NCBI GenBank assembly: GCA_964478075.1
Contig: CAYZGO010000004.1
Span: 60,492-124,491 of the forward strand
From: an uncultured Anaerolineales bacterium
GTDB taxonomy: Bacteria > Chloroflexota > Anaerolineae > UBA2200
DNA length: 64,000 bases
Direction of reading: 5' to 3'
Shown here: positions 17,926 through 27,584 of the stretch, piece after piece
Layout of the letters: the number at the start of each line of letters is the position of its first letter
Numbering within the stretch: position 1 is the first letter of the stretch
Made by a program: the position numbers and the translations under genes
The notes under the pieces: model-generated
Seen by the model: only the letters and a program-made list of their open reading frames with translations
Databases searched by the model: none
Told to the model about the DNA's origin: nothing

Positions 17926-18295
17926 ACAAAGGTGAGACAGAGGCGACGAACGGCGCTTGACGGGACGGGATGGACGTTTGGAACGGGGACCCCGTCAGGC
18001 GGGGCGAACGGCAAGCCCCTATACTACAAGTTCGTATTATTCGTGCACTGCTTTCCCCACGTGAGATTGGCCAAAACCCAGATCGACGCACACCAAGCAT
18101 GTGGCTTGCCTCTACTTCGCTACATAGATATCCAGCTAGTTGGGGGCAGGACAACGTCCAGCGTTAGTCCCATAGCGTCCTTCCTTGCCCATCACTTGTG
18201 CGCCCAACCTGAACTACGTCGCGTCCAAAGCCAGATTCTGAGTATTATACACTATTGCTCTGTCAGCCCCCAATTGAGGGTCTGTAGTAGCGACG

Positions 18296-19378
18296 TCAGT
18301 GGCCGAGCAAGTGCGGAAAGGCAACTCGCGTTGCCACTACGAGCCTATCAGTCAGCGCTTCTATCACTGCTTCCGTGGATACCGCCTCCAGACACATCCG
18401 CTGGCGGCAGCCGCGCCGCTGCTCAACGCCGCACGGCGCGCAAGGTGTTGTGCCTCGCAGTATGCGCACCAATGCTCCGCGTGGTGCCCACACGTCCGCG
18501 TCGGTTGGCCCGAATATGGCCACTGTAGGCACGCCCACGGCCGCTGCCAGGTGGCTCACCCCTGAGTCGTTGCCCAGATAAGCCTGGCAGCGTGCCAAAA
18601 TCGCCGCTAGCCGGTGCAGAGACAAGTTGTGCAGCATGATGCATTCCTGCCCGTCCAGCGCTTGCCTCACCTTGCCAACAGCGCTGGCATCTGCCGGGCC
18701 GCTGAGCAGCAAGATGCGCGGCCCACGTTCACGCGCCAGGTACTGCGCTACAGCGGCAAAGCGCTCTGCAGGCCAGTTCTTCGCCGTGCTGCCGCTGCCA
18801 GGATGTATGGCCACGACCAGTTGATCTCCCAGGCTGTGCTCTTTCCACCACTGCGCGGCATCCTGCTGATCCGCCGCTGTGAGTGCCAGACATGATGGTT
18901 CAGCCTTCGTTGCCACACCTAGCTCCCGCAGAGGCTGCTGCAGATACTCACTCATGTGCACGCGCAAATACGGCACTGGCCGCGCGTCGAAGCTCAGCAC
19001 CTTGCCACGAGCCGCACGCGCCAGGTTGCGCGCGAAAGCATGCGCTGGCGGCGTGGCATAGGAGACAACGAGGTCAAACTGATCGAGGTAGCGCTGGAGC
19101 CGCACGCTGGGCACTGCATCCGGTTGGAACAGGGCGCTCAGGTCGGCACGGTCAAAAGATGACACAGCGGTGACCACGGTGCGGCCAGCCAGCAACCGCA
19201 GTACCGCCAGGTCGCCCATCACCTCAATAGCAGCTTCCGGGAACCTGGCCCGCAGTCCCTCCAGGGCCGGCAGGGTGAGCAAAACGTCGCCCAGGGCACC
19301 GGGACGCAGAACCAGTATCCAGTATCCAGTTGCCAGTTGCCGGTTGTCAGTTACCAGTTTCCAGTCACCAGTTGCCGG
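18296..19378 (-). CDS. glycosyltransferase family 9 (heptosyltransferase-like); 5' end runs into a heptanucleotide repeat tract and has no canonical start codon
   Basis: Conserved GT9 N-terminal strand WILVLRPGALGDVLLTLPAL lies upstream of the TTG that the ORF track used as start. The open frame continues to a TAA at 19379-19381 with no ATG/GTG/TTG between that stop and the motif. Confidence 0.65.
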   Translation of the reverse strand, partial: PATGDWKLVTDNRQLATGYWILVLRPGALGDVLLTLPALEGLRARFPEAAIEVMGDLAVLRLLAGRTVVTAVSSFDRADLSALFQPDAVPSVRLQRYLDQFDLVVSYATPPAHAFARNLARAARGKVLSFDARPVPYLRVHMSEYLQQPLRELGVATKAEPSCLALTAADQQDAAQWWKEHSLGDQLVVAIHPGSGSTAKNWPAERFAAVAQYLARERGPRILLLSGPADASAVGKVRQALDGQECIMLHNLSLHRLAAILARCQAYLGNDSGVSHLAAAVGVPTVAIFGPTDADVWAPRGALVRILRGTTPCAPCGVEQRRGCRQRMCLEAVSTEAVIEALTDRLVVATRVAFPHLLGH

Positions 19379-19427
19379 TTACCAGTTCTCAGTTGCCAGC
19401 TACCAGTTGCCAATTGCCGGTTGCCGG
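19312..19427 (-). repeat. heptanucleotide tandem repeat (CYGGYAA on the gene strand, 16 units) overlapping the 5' end of the GT9 gene
   Basis: Sixteen contiguous 7-nt units on the minus strand: CCGGCAA CCGGCAA TTGGCAA CTGGTAG CTGGCAA ... CTGGATA CTGGATA. Begins 30 nt after the hutU stop. Confidence 0.8.
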
Positions 19428-19456
19428 TATCGCGGTCCGCGCAGGATGAACCGGAT

Positions 19457-21115
<1,659 letters not shown>

Positions 21116-21227
21116 AGCAACACCTCCTCATTGAGATTAACAGTAGCCTTGTTCTTGCATGGCTCAACCCACGGCTTTGCCGCTGAGTATACGGACAGAT
21201 CCCCAGCGAACTCTACCCTATTTGAAG

Positions 21228-21311
21228 GAAACCCGTTTTCTCCTGTGCTTACCCGGCGAGACTCTCCGCAACACTGACAGACAGAGTTGCAGACACAGGA
21301 AAACGAGTTTC
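21228..21311. repeat. hairpin GAAACCCGTTTTCTCCTGTG - about 45 nt - CACAGGAAAACGAGTTTC (copy 2 of the GAAACCCGTTTTC family)
   Basis: Shares the GAAACCCGTTTTC core with the 15879-15938 element. Lies between the hutU start and the rnc stop. Confidence 0.55.
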
Positions 21312-21344
21312 TCTGTGGTTACCTGCTGGCTTGGCGGATGGCAC

Positions 21345-22064
21345 TCAGTCGTCTCCCTGCGTGCTGTGATCCAATGATGCCGAGATGGCGTCCAGAGCAG
21401 CTCTTGCGGCCTCCTGCTCTGCCACTTGCTTGCTGTGACCCGCACCTCGACCGCGCACCTGGCCCTTGACCAGCACTTCAACTGAGAACTGTTTGGCGTG
21501 GTCTGGCCCGCTCTCCTGTACCGTGACATAGCGGGGCGTCACGTGAAAGATGGCCTGAGCCCATTCTTGCAACCGGCTCTTAGCATCACGCAGCAGCGCC
21601 TCAGCAGAAAAGGCCTCAATCTGGGACTCGATGAAGGGGAGGAAGAACTGCCGCGCCGCCTCCAGGCCGTGATCCACGTAGACAGCACCCAGCAATGCCT
21701 CGAAAGCATCACTCAGCATTGCTGCACGGGTACGGCCACCTCCGAGTTCTTCGCCGTGCCCCAGCAGCAAGTAGCGACCCAGGTCAATCTCAGCAGCAAA
21801 GCGCGCCAGTGTCTCGCTGCATACGAGTTCGGCGCGCAGATTGGTTAACTGACCCTCTTGCCACTCAGGAAAACGGTGGTACAGATACTGCGCAGCTATG
21901 AAACCCCCGATTGCATCGCCAAGGAACTCCAGCCGCTCGTTGTCGCCCCACACACAGTCAGGGTTCTCATTCAGATACGAAGTGTGAGTCAGGGCCCGTT
22001 GCAAGAGCGACTGGTCGCGGAAAATAATGCCTATGGCCTGCTGCACTTCCGTCAGATCTTCCAA
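21345..22064 (-). CDS. rnc: ribonuclease III
   Basis: RNase III signature ERLEFLGDA and a C-terminal dsRBD-like region. 239 aa. Confidence 0.9.
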   Translation of the reverse strand: MEDLTEVQQAIGIIFRDQSLLQRALTHTSYLNENPDCVWGDNERLEFLGDAIGGFIAAQYLYHRFPEWQEGQLTNLRAELVCSETLARFAAEIDLGRYLLLGHGEELGGGRTRAAMLSDAFEALLGAVYVDHGLEAARQFFLPFIESQIEAFSAEALLRDAKSRLQEWAQAIFHVTPRYVTVQESGPDHAKQFSVEVLVKGQVRGRGAGHSKQVAEQEAARAALDAISASLDHSTQGDD

Positions 22065-22243
22065 GCTGGTTCCTTATGTCACCTACGTACGGCCATTCAC
22101 TGCGACTCATGCAAGCTAGTGTTGTGTCAACGTTGAATTGATCGTTTGTGCAACCAAGTGGGAAAAGCGAGTAAAGTCGCCACTCCGAACCCACTGCTTT
22201 GGCATTGACAGAGTACTAGCTTTGTCTGTCCGGCTTGGCAGGG

Positions 22244-23587
22244 CTACGCGGCGCTCTGTCTGTCAAGCCACTCACGCAGCACACTAGCTACATCCGACCG
22301 TGCGACCTGCGTCTGAGACTTGGCACGCAAATCGCGCGCCGTGACCTGAGCAGTGGCCAGTTCATCCGGGCCCACAATGACCACTAAGGGAATGCCCTTC
22401 TTCAAGGCGTAGCGAATTTGGGTTCCCAGGGGGGCCGTGCCATAGTACAACTCACAATACAGGCCCGAACCTCGCAGCTCCGTAAGCAGCTTCAACGACT
22501 CATTGAGCAAGTCTGCGCCAAAGACCGTGACCAGCACTTGGCTCAACGTTTCCCCTACGTCAGGCGGGAACATGTTGAGTTCTTCCATCACGTCAATAAT
22601 GCGCTCTATGCCTATGGTCGTGCCCGTAGCTGGGTAGCTTTGGGTCGAGAACATGCCGACCAGGCCATCGAAACGGCCCCCGCCGGTGATGCTGCCAATG
22701 CGCGGCTTCTCAACCAGAGTCTCAAAGATCGGGCCTGTGTAGTAGCTCAGGCCGCGCACCATAGCCAGATCCACGCGGTAGAAATTCTCCGCTACGCCCA
22801 ATGACGGCAGGTAGCTGACCAGCTCTTCAAGCTCGGCGATGCCTTCCAACGCTAGGGGATAGTCCGCCAACTTACCGCGCAAGTCATCTAGAATCGCCTG
22901 CCCCGCCTCGTCCGCCGCGGGCCTCAGCAGTTCAAGCAGGCGATCCGCAGTAGGCGCATCCAATCCGGCCTTGCGCAGCTCGCCGCGCACACCGTCAACG
23001 CCCAGCTTCTCCAACTTGTCTATGGAGCGGTAGAGCCCTGGCAGTTGCTTCTCGGGCACGCCTGCGTACTGACCAATGCCTGTGAGCGTCTTGCGGTTGT
23101 TGAGGACGATAATGAACTGCTCGAACCCGAGCCTCTTCAGCACAGCATAGGTGAGGGCAACTATCTCAGCGTCAGCCAGCATGCTCGAGCAACCAACAAT
23201 GTCCGCATCACACTGCCAGAATTCCCGATACCGTCCCTTTTGCGGCCGCTCCGCTCGCCACACAGGCGCGATCTGGTAACGTCTGAAGGGCTTGGGCAGA
23301 TTCGGGTATTGGGCGATAACCCGGCTCAGAGACACCGATAGGTCGTAGCGCAGTGCCAGCTTCTCCTTACCACCGGGATGCTCAACCATGTAGATGAGCT
23401 TCTCTGCGTCCGAGCCGTACTTGCCCAACAGAATCTCGCGCAGTTCTACTGACGGCGTTATCAATGGCTCAAAGCAGAACTCGGTGAAAACTTGCTCAAC
23501 GGTGGCCATGACATGCCGGCGCAGAATCATCTTCTCGGGCAATATGTCTCTCATGCCTTTCGGCAGGCGGGGTTTGATGATTTTCAT
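22244..23587 (-). CDS. hisS: histidine--tRNA ligase
   Basis: Class II aaRS motifs (GMRD, FRYE-like) and HisRS-like anticodon-binding C-terminal region. Start at the ATG (MKIIKP) with a GGAGAACGAG RBS. Confidence 0.9.
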   Translation of the reverse strand: MKIIKPRLPKGMRDILPEKMILRRHVMATVEQVFTEFCFEPLITPSVELREILLGKYGSDAEKLIYMVEHPGGKEKLALRYDLSVSLSRVIAQYPNLPKPFRRYQIAPVWRAERPQKGRYREFWQCDADIVGCSSMLADAEIVALTYAVLKRLGFEQFIIVLNNRKTLTGIGQYAGVPEKQLPGLYRSIDKLEKLGVDGVRGELRKAGLDAPTADRLLELLRPAADEAGQAILDDLRGKLADYPLALEGIAELEELVSYLPSLGVAENFYRVDLAMVRGLSYYTGPIFETLVEKPRIGSITGGGRFDGLVGMFSTQSYPATGTTIGIERIIDVMEELNMFPPDVGETLSQVLVTVFGADLLNESLKLLTELRGSGLYCELYYGTAPLGTQIRYALKKGIPLVVIVGPDELATAQVTARDLRAKSQTQVARSDVASVLREWLDRQSAA

Positions 23588-23672
23588 GTCTCGTTCTCCA
23601 CAGGTGTTCACGGCCGTGGCGCAAACAAAGAAGAGCGGGAGCATCCCCGCTCCACGCCCCTCAGCACTGCAA

Positions 23673-23749
23673 TGGGGTGGATGACGGGATTTGAACCCGC
23701 AACAACTGGTTCCACAGACCAGCGCTCTGACCGTTGAGCTACATCCACC
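23673..23749 (-). tRNA. tRNA-His (anticodon GTG) with encoded G-1 and 3' CCA
   Basis: Minus-strand read gGTGGATGTAGCTCAACGGTCAGAGCGCTGGTCTGTGGAACCAGTTGTTGCGGGTTCAAATCCCGTCATCCACCCCA: 7-bp acceptor stem, anticodon loop CTGTGGA, T-loop GTTCAAATC, extra 5' G pairing with discriminator C. Confidence 0.85.
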
Positions 23750-23823
23750 ATGCCGTTCCGACAGCCCAAGTATACATCACTTGGGGCCGAAATGCAAATT
23801 GCTCCTGTGCCAGGGCGCGAGAA

Positions 23824-23865
23824 CCCTCCCGCAGGTTCGATCGCCATAAGTAACGTCCGGGAGGG
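23824..23865. repeat. REP-like hairpin (CCCTCCCGCAGG ... CGTCCGGGAGGG) just upstream of tRNA-His
   Basis: Imperfect member of the CCCTCCCGGAGG family (two swapped positions in one arm), 18-nt loop. Confidence 0.45.
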
Positions 23866-23893
23866 TCTGCTTACTGGACAGCGTACCGCTCAA

Positions 23894-24193
23894 TCACCAG
23901 CCTGGTTGTGTCTGCGGGTAGTCTTCATCCCTGCGCAAGTGCATGCCTCCGAGTTCCCAGCGCTCTTCGTCCTCCGAGTCCTCGGGCACAAGGCGCGTCA
24001 CCATGGTGAGGCAGCCCTCACTGGGGTCGTACTCGATCTCCTCAGCACGGCACTGGCCGTCAACGTTGTAGAGGCAGTCCGTCTGCCAACAGGTGATTCC
24101 GGGCGTCGCTGTTCTCCTCCTCCACCCAGGAATCACGTCTTTGTCGTAATGACATACCACCAAAAGCAACGTTGACTGAGCGCTACGCGCCAC
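23894..24193 (-). CDS. hypothetical small Cys-rich protein (possibly DUF1540-like)
   Basis: 99 aa ORF with CWQTDCLYNVDGQCRAEEIEYD. Weak call; the start is unclear. Confidence 0.25.
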   Translation of the reverse strand: MARSAQSTLLLVVCHYDKDVIPGWRRRTATPGITCWQTDCLYNVDGQCRAEEIEYDPSEGCLTMVTRLVPEDSEDEERWELGGMHLRRDEDYPQTQPGW

Positions 24194-24196
24194 TCA

Positions 24197-26017
24197 CTAC
24201 TCACTGCTCACCACTCGCAGTTCCACGTCGTCCAGGTACACCGCCGTGATGCCATCGTGCCCATCGTTTTTCACACCGAAGCGCAGATTGACGCGCTGCC
24301 CTGCGTAGCCCAGCAGGTCGAAGGTGCGCAGGTTCCAGGCTTGATTGTGGTCTGTCCAGTAGGTGCAGTCTGACTCGCCACCGCCGCTAGTAGGGAGCAC
24401 GCAGAAGTAGATGAGATCCCCATCCACCTGCGCGCTCACTGGAAAGTAGTAGAAGGACAGCTCCGCCTGCGTCACCCCGCTGGGGATATCCACCGTCTGC
24501 TGCACAGAGGAGTAGCTCTCCACGTTGTAGCCAGTGTCAATCCCCAGGCGCATAGAGCGCGAGCCGCTGTGCGCACGGCCCACAGAGTAGCCTGCCGGGT
24601 AGGTGGTCCGCAAGATCTCCCACGCCTCCTCCCTCTCAAAGCTGTGATTGAGAATCAACTGTGTGTATTGTGGAGTGGACGTTGCAGTCGCCGTGGGCGT
24701 AGGCGATGGTCCAGTCGTAGGCGTCTCCGAGACTCCAGGCGTGAGGGAAGGGCTGGGTGAGGGCGTCGCACTTCCCGTGAGCGTGGGCGAAGGACTGGGC
24801 GATGGCAGTGCAGTCGCCGTAACCGTAGGGGAAGGGCTGGGCGAGGGCGTTGGACTCGGCGTGACCGTAGGCGAAGGGCTGGGCATGGGCGTCGGATAGC
24901 CTCGCAGCACGATGGGCAGAAAGGCTCTGGAAACCAGCTCTTCGAAAAGGCCATAGGACAATCCGGCCTGGTACACCGCCTCTGCCACCGTCCGCGGGTC
25001 AGGGGCAATACTGTAAGGTGTGTCGTCAAAGGCATACGCTCCCACAATCCAGACAGAGCCTTGAAAAACCAACGTGCGCTCATTCATGGGCAGCGTAGGC
25101 GAGCCAGGGTTCAGGCTGTGGCTGGCCTCGTAAGCATCAAAGCCGTGGAACAACAGTGCGTCCACGTCCCAACCACCAGCAACCAATGCATCGCGCTGCT
25201 GAATCAGCGTTGCGTATGCTTCCGCTGCCTGGCCAAAACGCTGTATCCAGGCCTCAGCGAAATGGCCTGCCGCGGCTGCATATTGCATCGTGTACAGAGG
25301 GTAGTGCACCACCACCTCCGAAGGCCAGCCAAGCGTGCGCGCAGCGTCCTCCAAGACCATCTGCTCAATGTCCTTGTGGGTGGCCGTAGGTGAAGGCACA
25401 TGCGTAGGAGTAGATGTCGGCGTGGCTGTCGCGGACGTAGGCGAAGGAGAAGCTGTAGGCCCACTGACGGTGATGGAATCACCGATCCACGTGGCCACGA
25501 TCGGTTCCGCGCAGTGGTTCGCCAAGACGCCACGGGTGAAGGTGATGCCACTGGTACCCGGTCTGAGCGCACGGAAAGTAATGCGTGCCAGCACGCCGCT
25601 TCCGCTCGCCGGCTCTCCAGGCGGAATGAGGGTCACTGTGTAAGTGATGGCGCCTGTCTCGTTCACAGCCTCATTCCGCGCCGGATAGAGCCACAACAAA
25701 TCCAGGAAGTCGCCTGGCTCAATCTGCACGCCAGTCCTGGCGGGGTGTGCGTCCTCTACCCACAGCACGTTGGGATCAAAAGAGACGGTCAAGTCCAACC
25801 CATAGAGATTCACGACGTCCCGCACCTGTATCTCGACGATGGCAGTCTCGCCCGCTGCCACCACGCTCGAAGCAGGCACGATGAGCACCTGCGTACTTTG
25901 CGTCTCTTGGCCATCCAAGATGCCAAGAGACTGTGTGCCCCGTGCATCCCCGGCGCCGAGCAGCAGCAAGGTAAGCGCCATAGCGACCAATGACACGAAC
26001 ACAGTCAGCCTGCGCAT
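24197..26017 (-). CDS. secreted cohesin-domain protein with Pro/Ser/Thr-rich linkers and a C-terminal beta-rich domain
   Basis: Signal peptide, then a cohesin-like domain ([27 protein letters not shown]...[10 protein letters not shown]), two PT/PS linkers and a C-terminal domain of about 150 aa. Confidence 0.7.
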   Translation of the reverse strand: MRRLTVFVSLVAMALTLLLLGAGDARGTQSLGILDGQETQSTQVLIVPASSVVAAGETAIVEIQVRDVVNLYGLDLTVSFDPNVLWVEDAHPARTGVQIEPGDFLDLLWLYPARNEAVNETGAITYTVTLIPPGEPASGSGVLARITFRALRPGTSGITFTRGVLANHCAEPIVATWIGDSITVSGPTASPSPTSATATPTSTPTHVPSPTATHKDIEQMVLEDAARTLGWPSEVVVHYPLYTMQYAAAAGHFAEAWIQRFGQAAEAYATLIQQRDALVAGGWDVDALLFHGFDAYEASHSLNPGSPTLPMNERTLVFQGSVWIVGAYAFDDTPYSIAPDPRTVAEAVYQAGLSYGLFEELVSRAFLPIVLRGYPTPMPSPSPTVTPSPTPSPSPSPTVTATALPSPSPSPTLTGSATPSPSPSLTPGVSETPTTGPSPTPTATATSTPQYTQLILNHSFEREEAWEILRTTYPAGYSVGRAHSGSRSMRLGIDTGYNVESYSSVQQTVDIPSGVTQAELSFYYFPVSAQVDGDLIYFCVLPTSGGGESDCTYWTDHNQAWNLRTFDLLGYAGQRVNLRFGVKNDGHDGITAVYLDDVELRVVSSE

Positions 26018-26299
26018 GCTTTACCACCTTGGCATTTGTGGAGATCAAAACGAGGAACTAGGAAACATGCAGGACTGGAAGCCACGCTTCTCACACACGG
26101 ACGGGCGACAAACCATGTCCATCGCTTGCGCACAGCACACGCTAGCAGTCTGGCTTCTGAACAGTCACCCACGCACCTGAGGCGCACCAATACAAATGAC
26201 ACAAGTCGCCAGCCGGGCCCCTATCGCTCAACATCTCCGCACCGCCGTGAAGCAGGCGGTGCTGGGGTGCCGTCCTGCAGATTCCCCCCCCCAGGCTCC

Positions 26300-26332
26300 A
26301 GGTGACCGGCACCTCTAAGGTGCCGGTCACCT
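26300..26332. terminator. perfect 14-bp hairpin (AGGTGACCGGCACC tctaa GGTGCCGGTCACCT) downstream of the LysM-cohesin gene
   Basis: Lies 25 nt past the stop of the 26357-27442 gene on its 3' side. No U-tract, so it is a GC-hairpin type terminator or RNA-stability element. Confidence 0.4.
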
Positions 26333-26356
26333 GATATGTCCAGGCGTCAAATCAAC

Positions 26357-27442
26357 CTACGGAATCAGCAATAGCTGGCCAACGAAAATCAGGTTAGGGT
26401 TGGGCAGGTTGTTGAGCATGATGATTGACCACGGCGTCACGCGGAACATGGCCGCAATGGCCCACACCGTATCACCCCGCTGCACGATGTACGTGCGACT
26501 AGGCGGCGGCGCCGGCGGGCCGACAGGAATGATCAGTATCTGCCCGGCACGGATGTACCACGGATTGATGATCCGATTGACAGCAATGATGGCCTGCATG
26601 GGCACCTGGAACTTGAGCGAGATGCGATACAGATTGTCGCCAGGCTGTACCACGTAGGTTACCGGCCCTGGAGCCGGAGGGGGCAGCGTGGGGATAATCA
26701 GCACCTGACCCACCCATATAAAATTGGGATTGGCCAGGTTATTGGCCTGGATGATGGCCGCTGCTGAAACGCCAAAACGCCGCGCGATGCCATATACCGT
26801 GTCGCCCCACTGCACCACGTACGGGAACCCAACGCCTCCAGGTGGCACTGGCGTTGGAGATGGCGTCGGCGCCGGGGTGCCACTCGGCGTCGGCGTGGCC
26901 GTTGGAGCGCCTGCTGGCAACACGGTGATGGAGCCATCCATCAGCGTAGCGGAGATGGCCTGCGCCTGGTCACTGGACAGCGTCACAGTGTCGAACGTAA
27001 TCAGCGCATTGCCCTGAGCTTTGGCCTTGAAGGTGATGCTCGCCAGTACGCCAGTGCCGCTGACCGCCGGGTTCGGCGCCATCAGAACAAAGACGTACTG
27101 CACCTGCCCCGTTGTGTTGTCCACCGTGTTCTGAGCCAGGAAGCCTTGCGCTGGGTTGAGAAAGCCCCCAGGCGCAATCTGCACGCCGTTGGCGGGATTG
27201 GCGTCCGCATCCTGGGCCTCCAGCTTGGTCGCATCGAAAGTCAGGCGGATGTCCACCCCATACAGGTTGGTCACCGTGTCCACCTTGATCTCCACAGTGA
27301 CTGTTTGGTTCAGATCCGCTGACTGCGACGGTGGGTTCACCAGCACGATCGTGCCCTGTGCCAGAGCCGGAGACAGGGGCAGCACCAGGAGCATGATGAG
27401 CACCAGTGCCAATACGATACCTCGACTAATTCCTTTCTGCAT
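26357..27442 (-). CDS. secreted cohesin-domain protein with three C-terminal LysM peptidoglycan-binding repeats
   Basis: Signal peptide, cohesin-like domain (VEIKVDTVTNLYGVDIRLTFDATKL...GVLASITFKA), PT linker, then 3x LysM (YVVQWGDTVYGIARRFGVS..., YVVQPGDNLYRISLKFQVP..., YIVQRGDTVWAIAAMFRVT...). Start at the ATG (MQKGI) with an AGGAGGGA RBS. Confidence 0.75.
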   Translation of the reverse strand: MQKGISRGIVLALVLIMLLVLPLSPALAQGTIVLVNPPSQSADLNQTVTVEIKVDTVTNLYGVDIRLTFDATKLEAQDADANPANGVQIAPGGFLNPAQGFLAQNTVDNTTGQVQYVFVLMAPNPAVSGTGVLASITFKAKAQGNALITFDTVTLSSDQAQAISATLMDGSITVLPAGAPTATPTPSGTPAPTPSPTPVPPGGVGFPYVVQWGDTVYGIARRFGVSAAAIIQANNLANPNFIWVGQVLIIPTLPPPAPGPVTYVVQPGDNLYRISLKFQVPMQAIIAVNRIINPWYIRAGQILIIPVGPPAPPPSRTYIVQRGDTVWAIAAMFRVTPWSIIMLNNLPNPNLIFVGQLLLIP

Positions 27443-27584
27443 CTGCGTCCCTCCTATAGAGATATCCCACGTCAAGGATTAGAAACCACGTGCTGAATCA
27501 AAGTCTTGCCACAGGGATTGCTTTGCAATGGCAAGCCCCTGGGCCAGGCAGGAATACCCCGCCCTGCCTCCGCAAATACCCCGG

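Noticed and set aside
17640-18295. RNase P RNA, tmRNA, SRP or 6S RNA in the large structured gap
   Set aside because: None of the hallmark conserved strings (for example GGAAAGUCCGGGCUCC for RNase P, tmRNA tag-reading frame and 3' tRNA-like end, SRP AGGUCAGG...GGAAGCAGCC) is present on either strand by eye. This needs Infernal to exclude properly.
23588-23672. T-box riboswitch leader upstream of hisS
   Set aside because: Only 86 nt separate hisS from the tRNA-His gene, which is far too short for a T-box of about 250 nt. No specifier/antiterminator pattern was seen.
26036-26356. Coding potential in the 340-bp gap between the two cohesin genes
   Set aside because: Only short Arg-rich ORFs occur here. 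The gap contains the 14-bp perfect hairpin and is more plausibly a terminator or promoter region.
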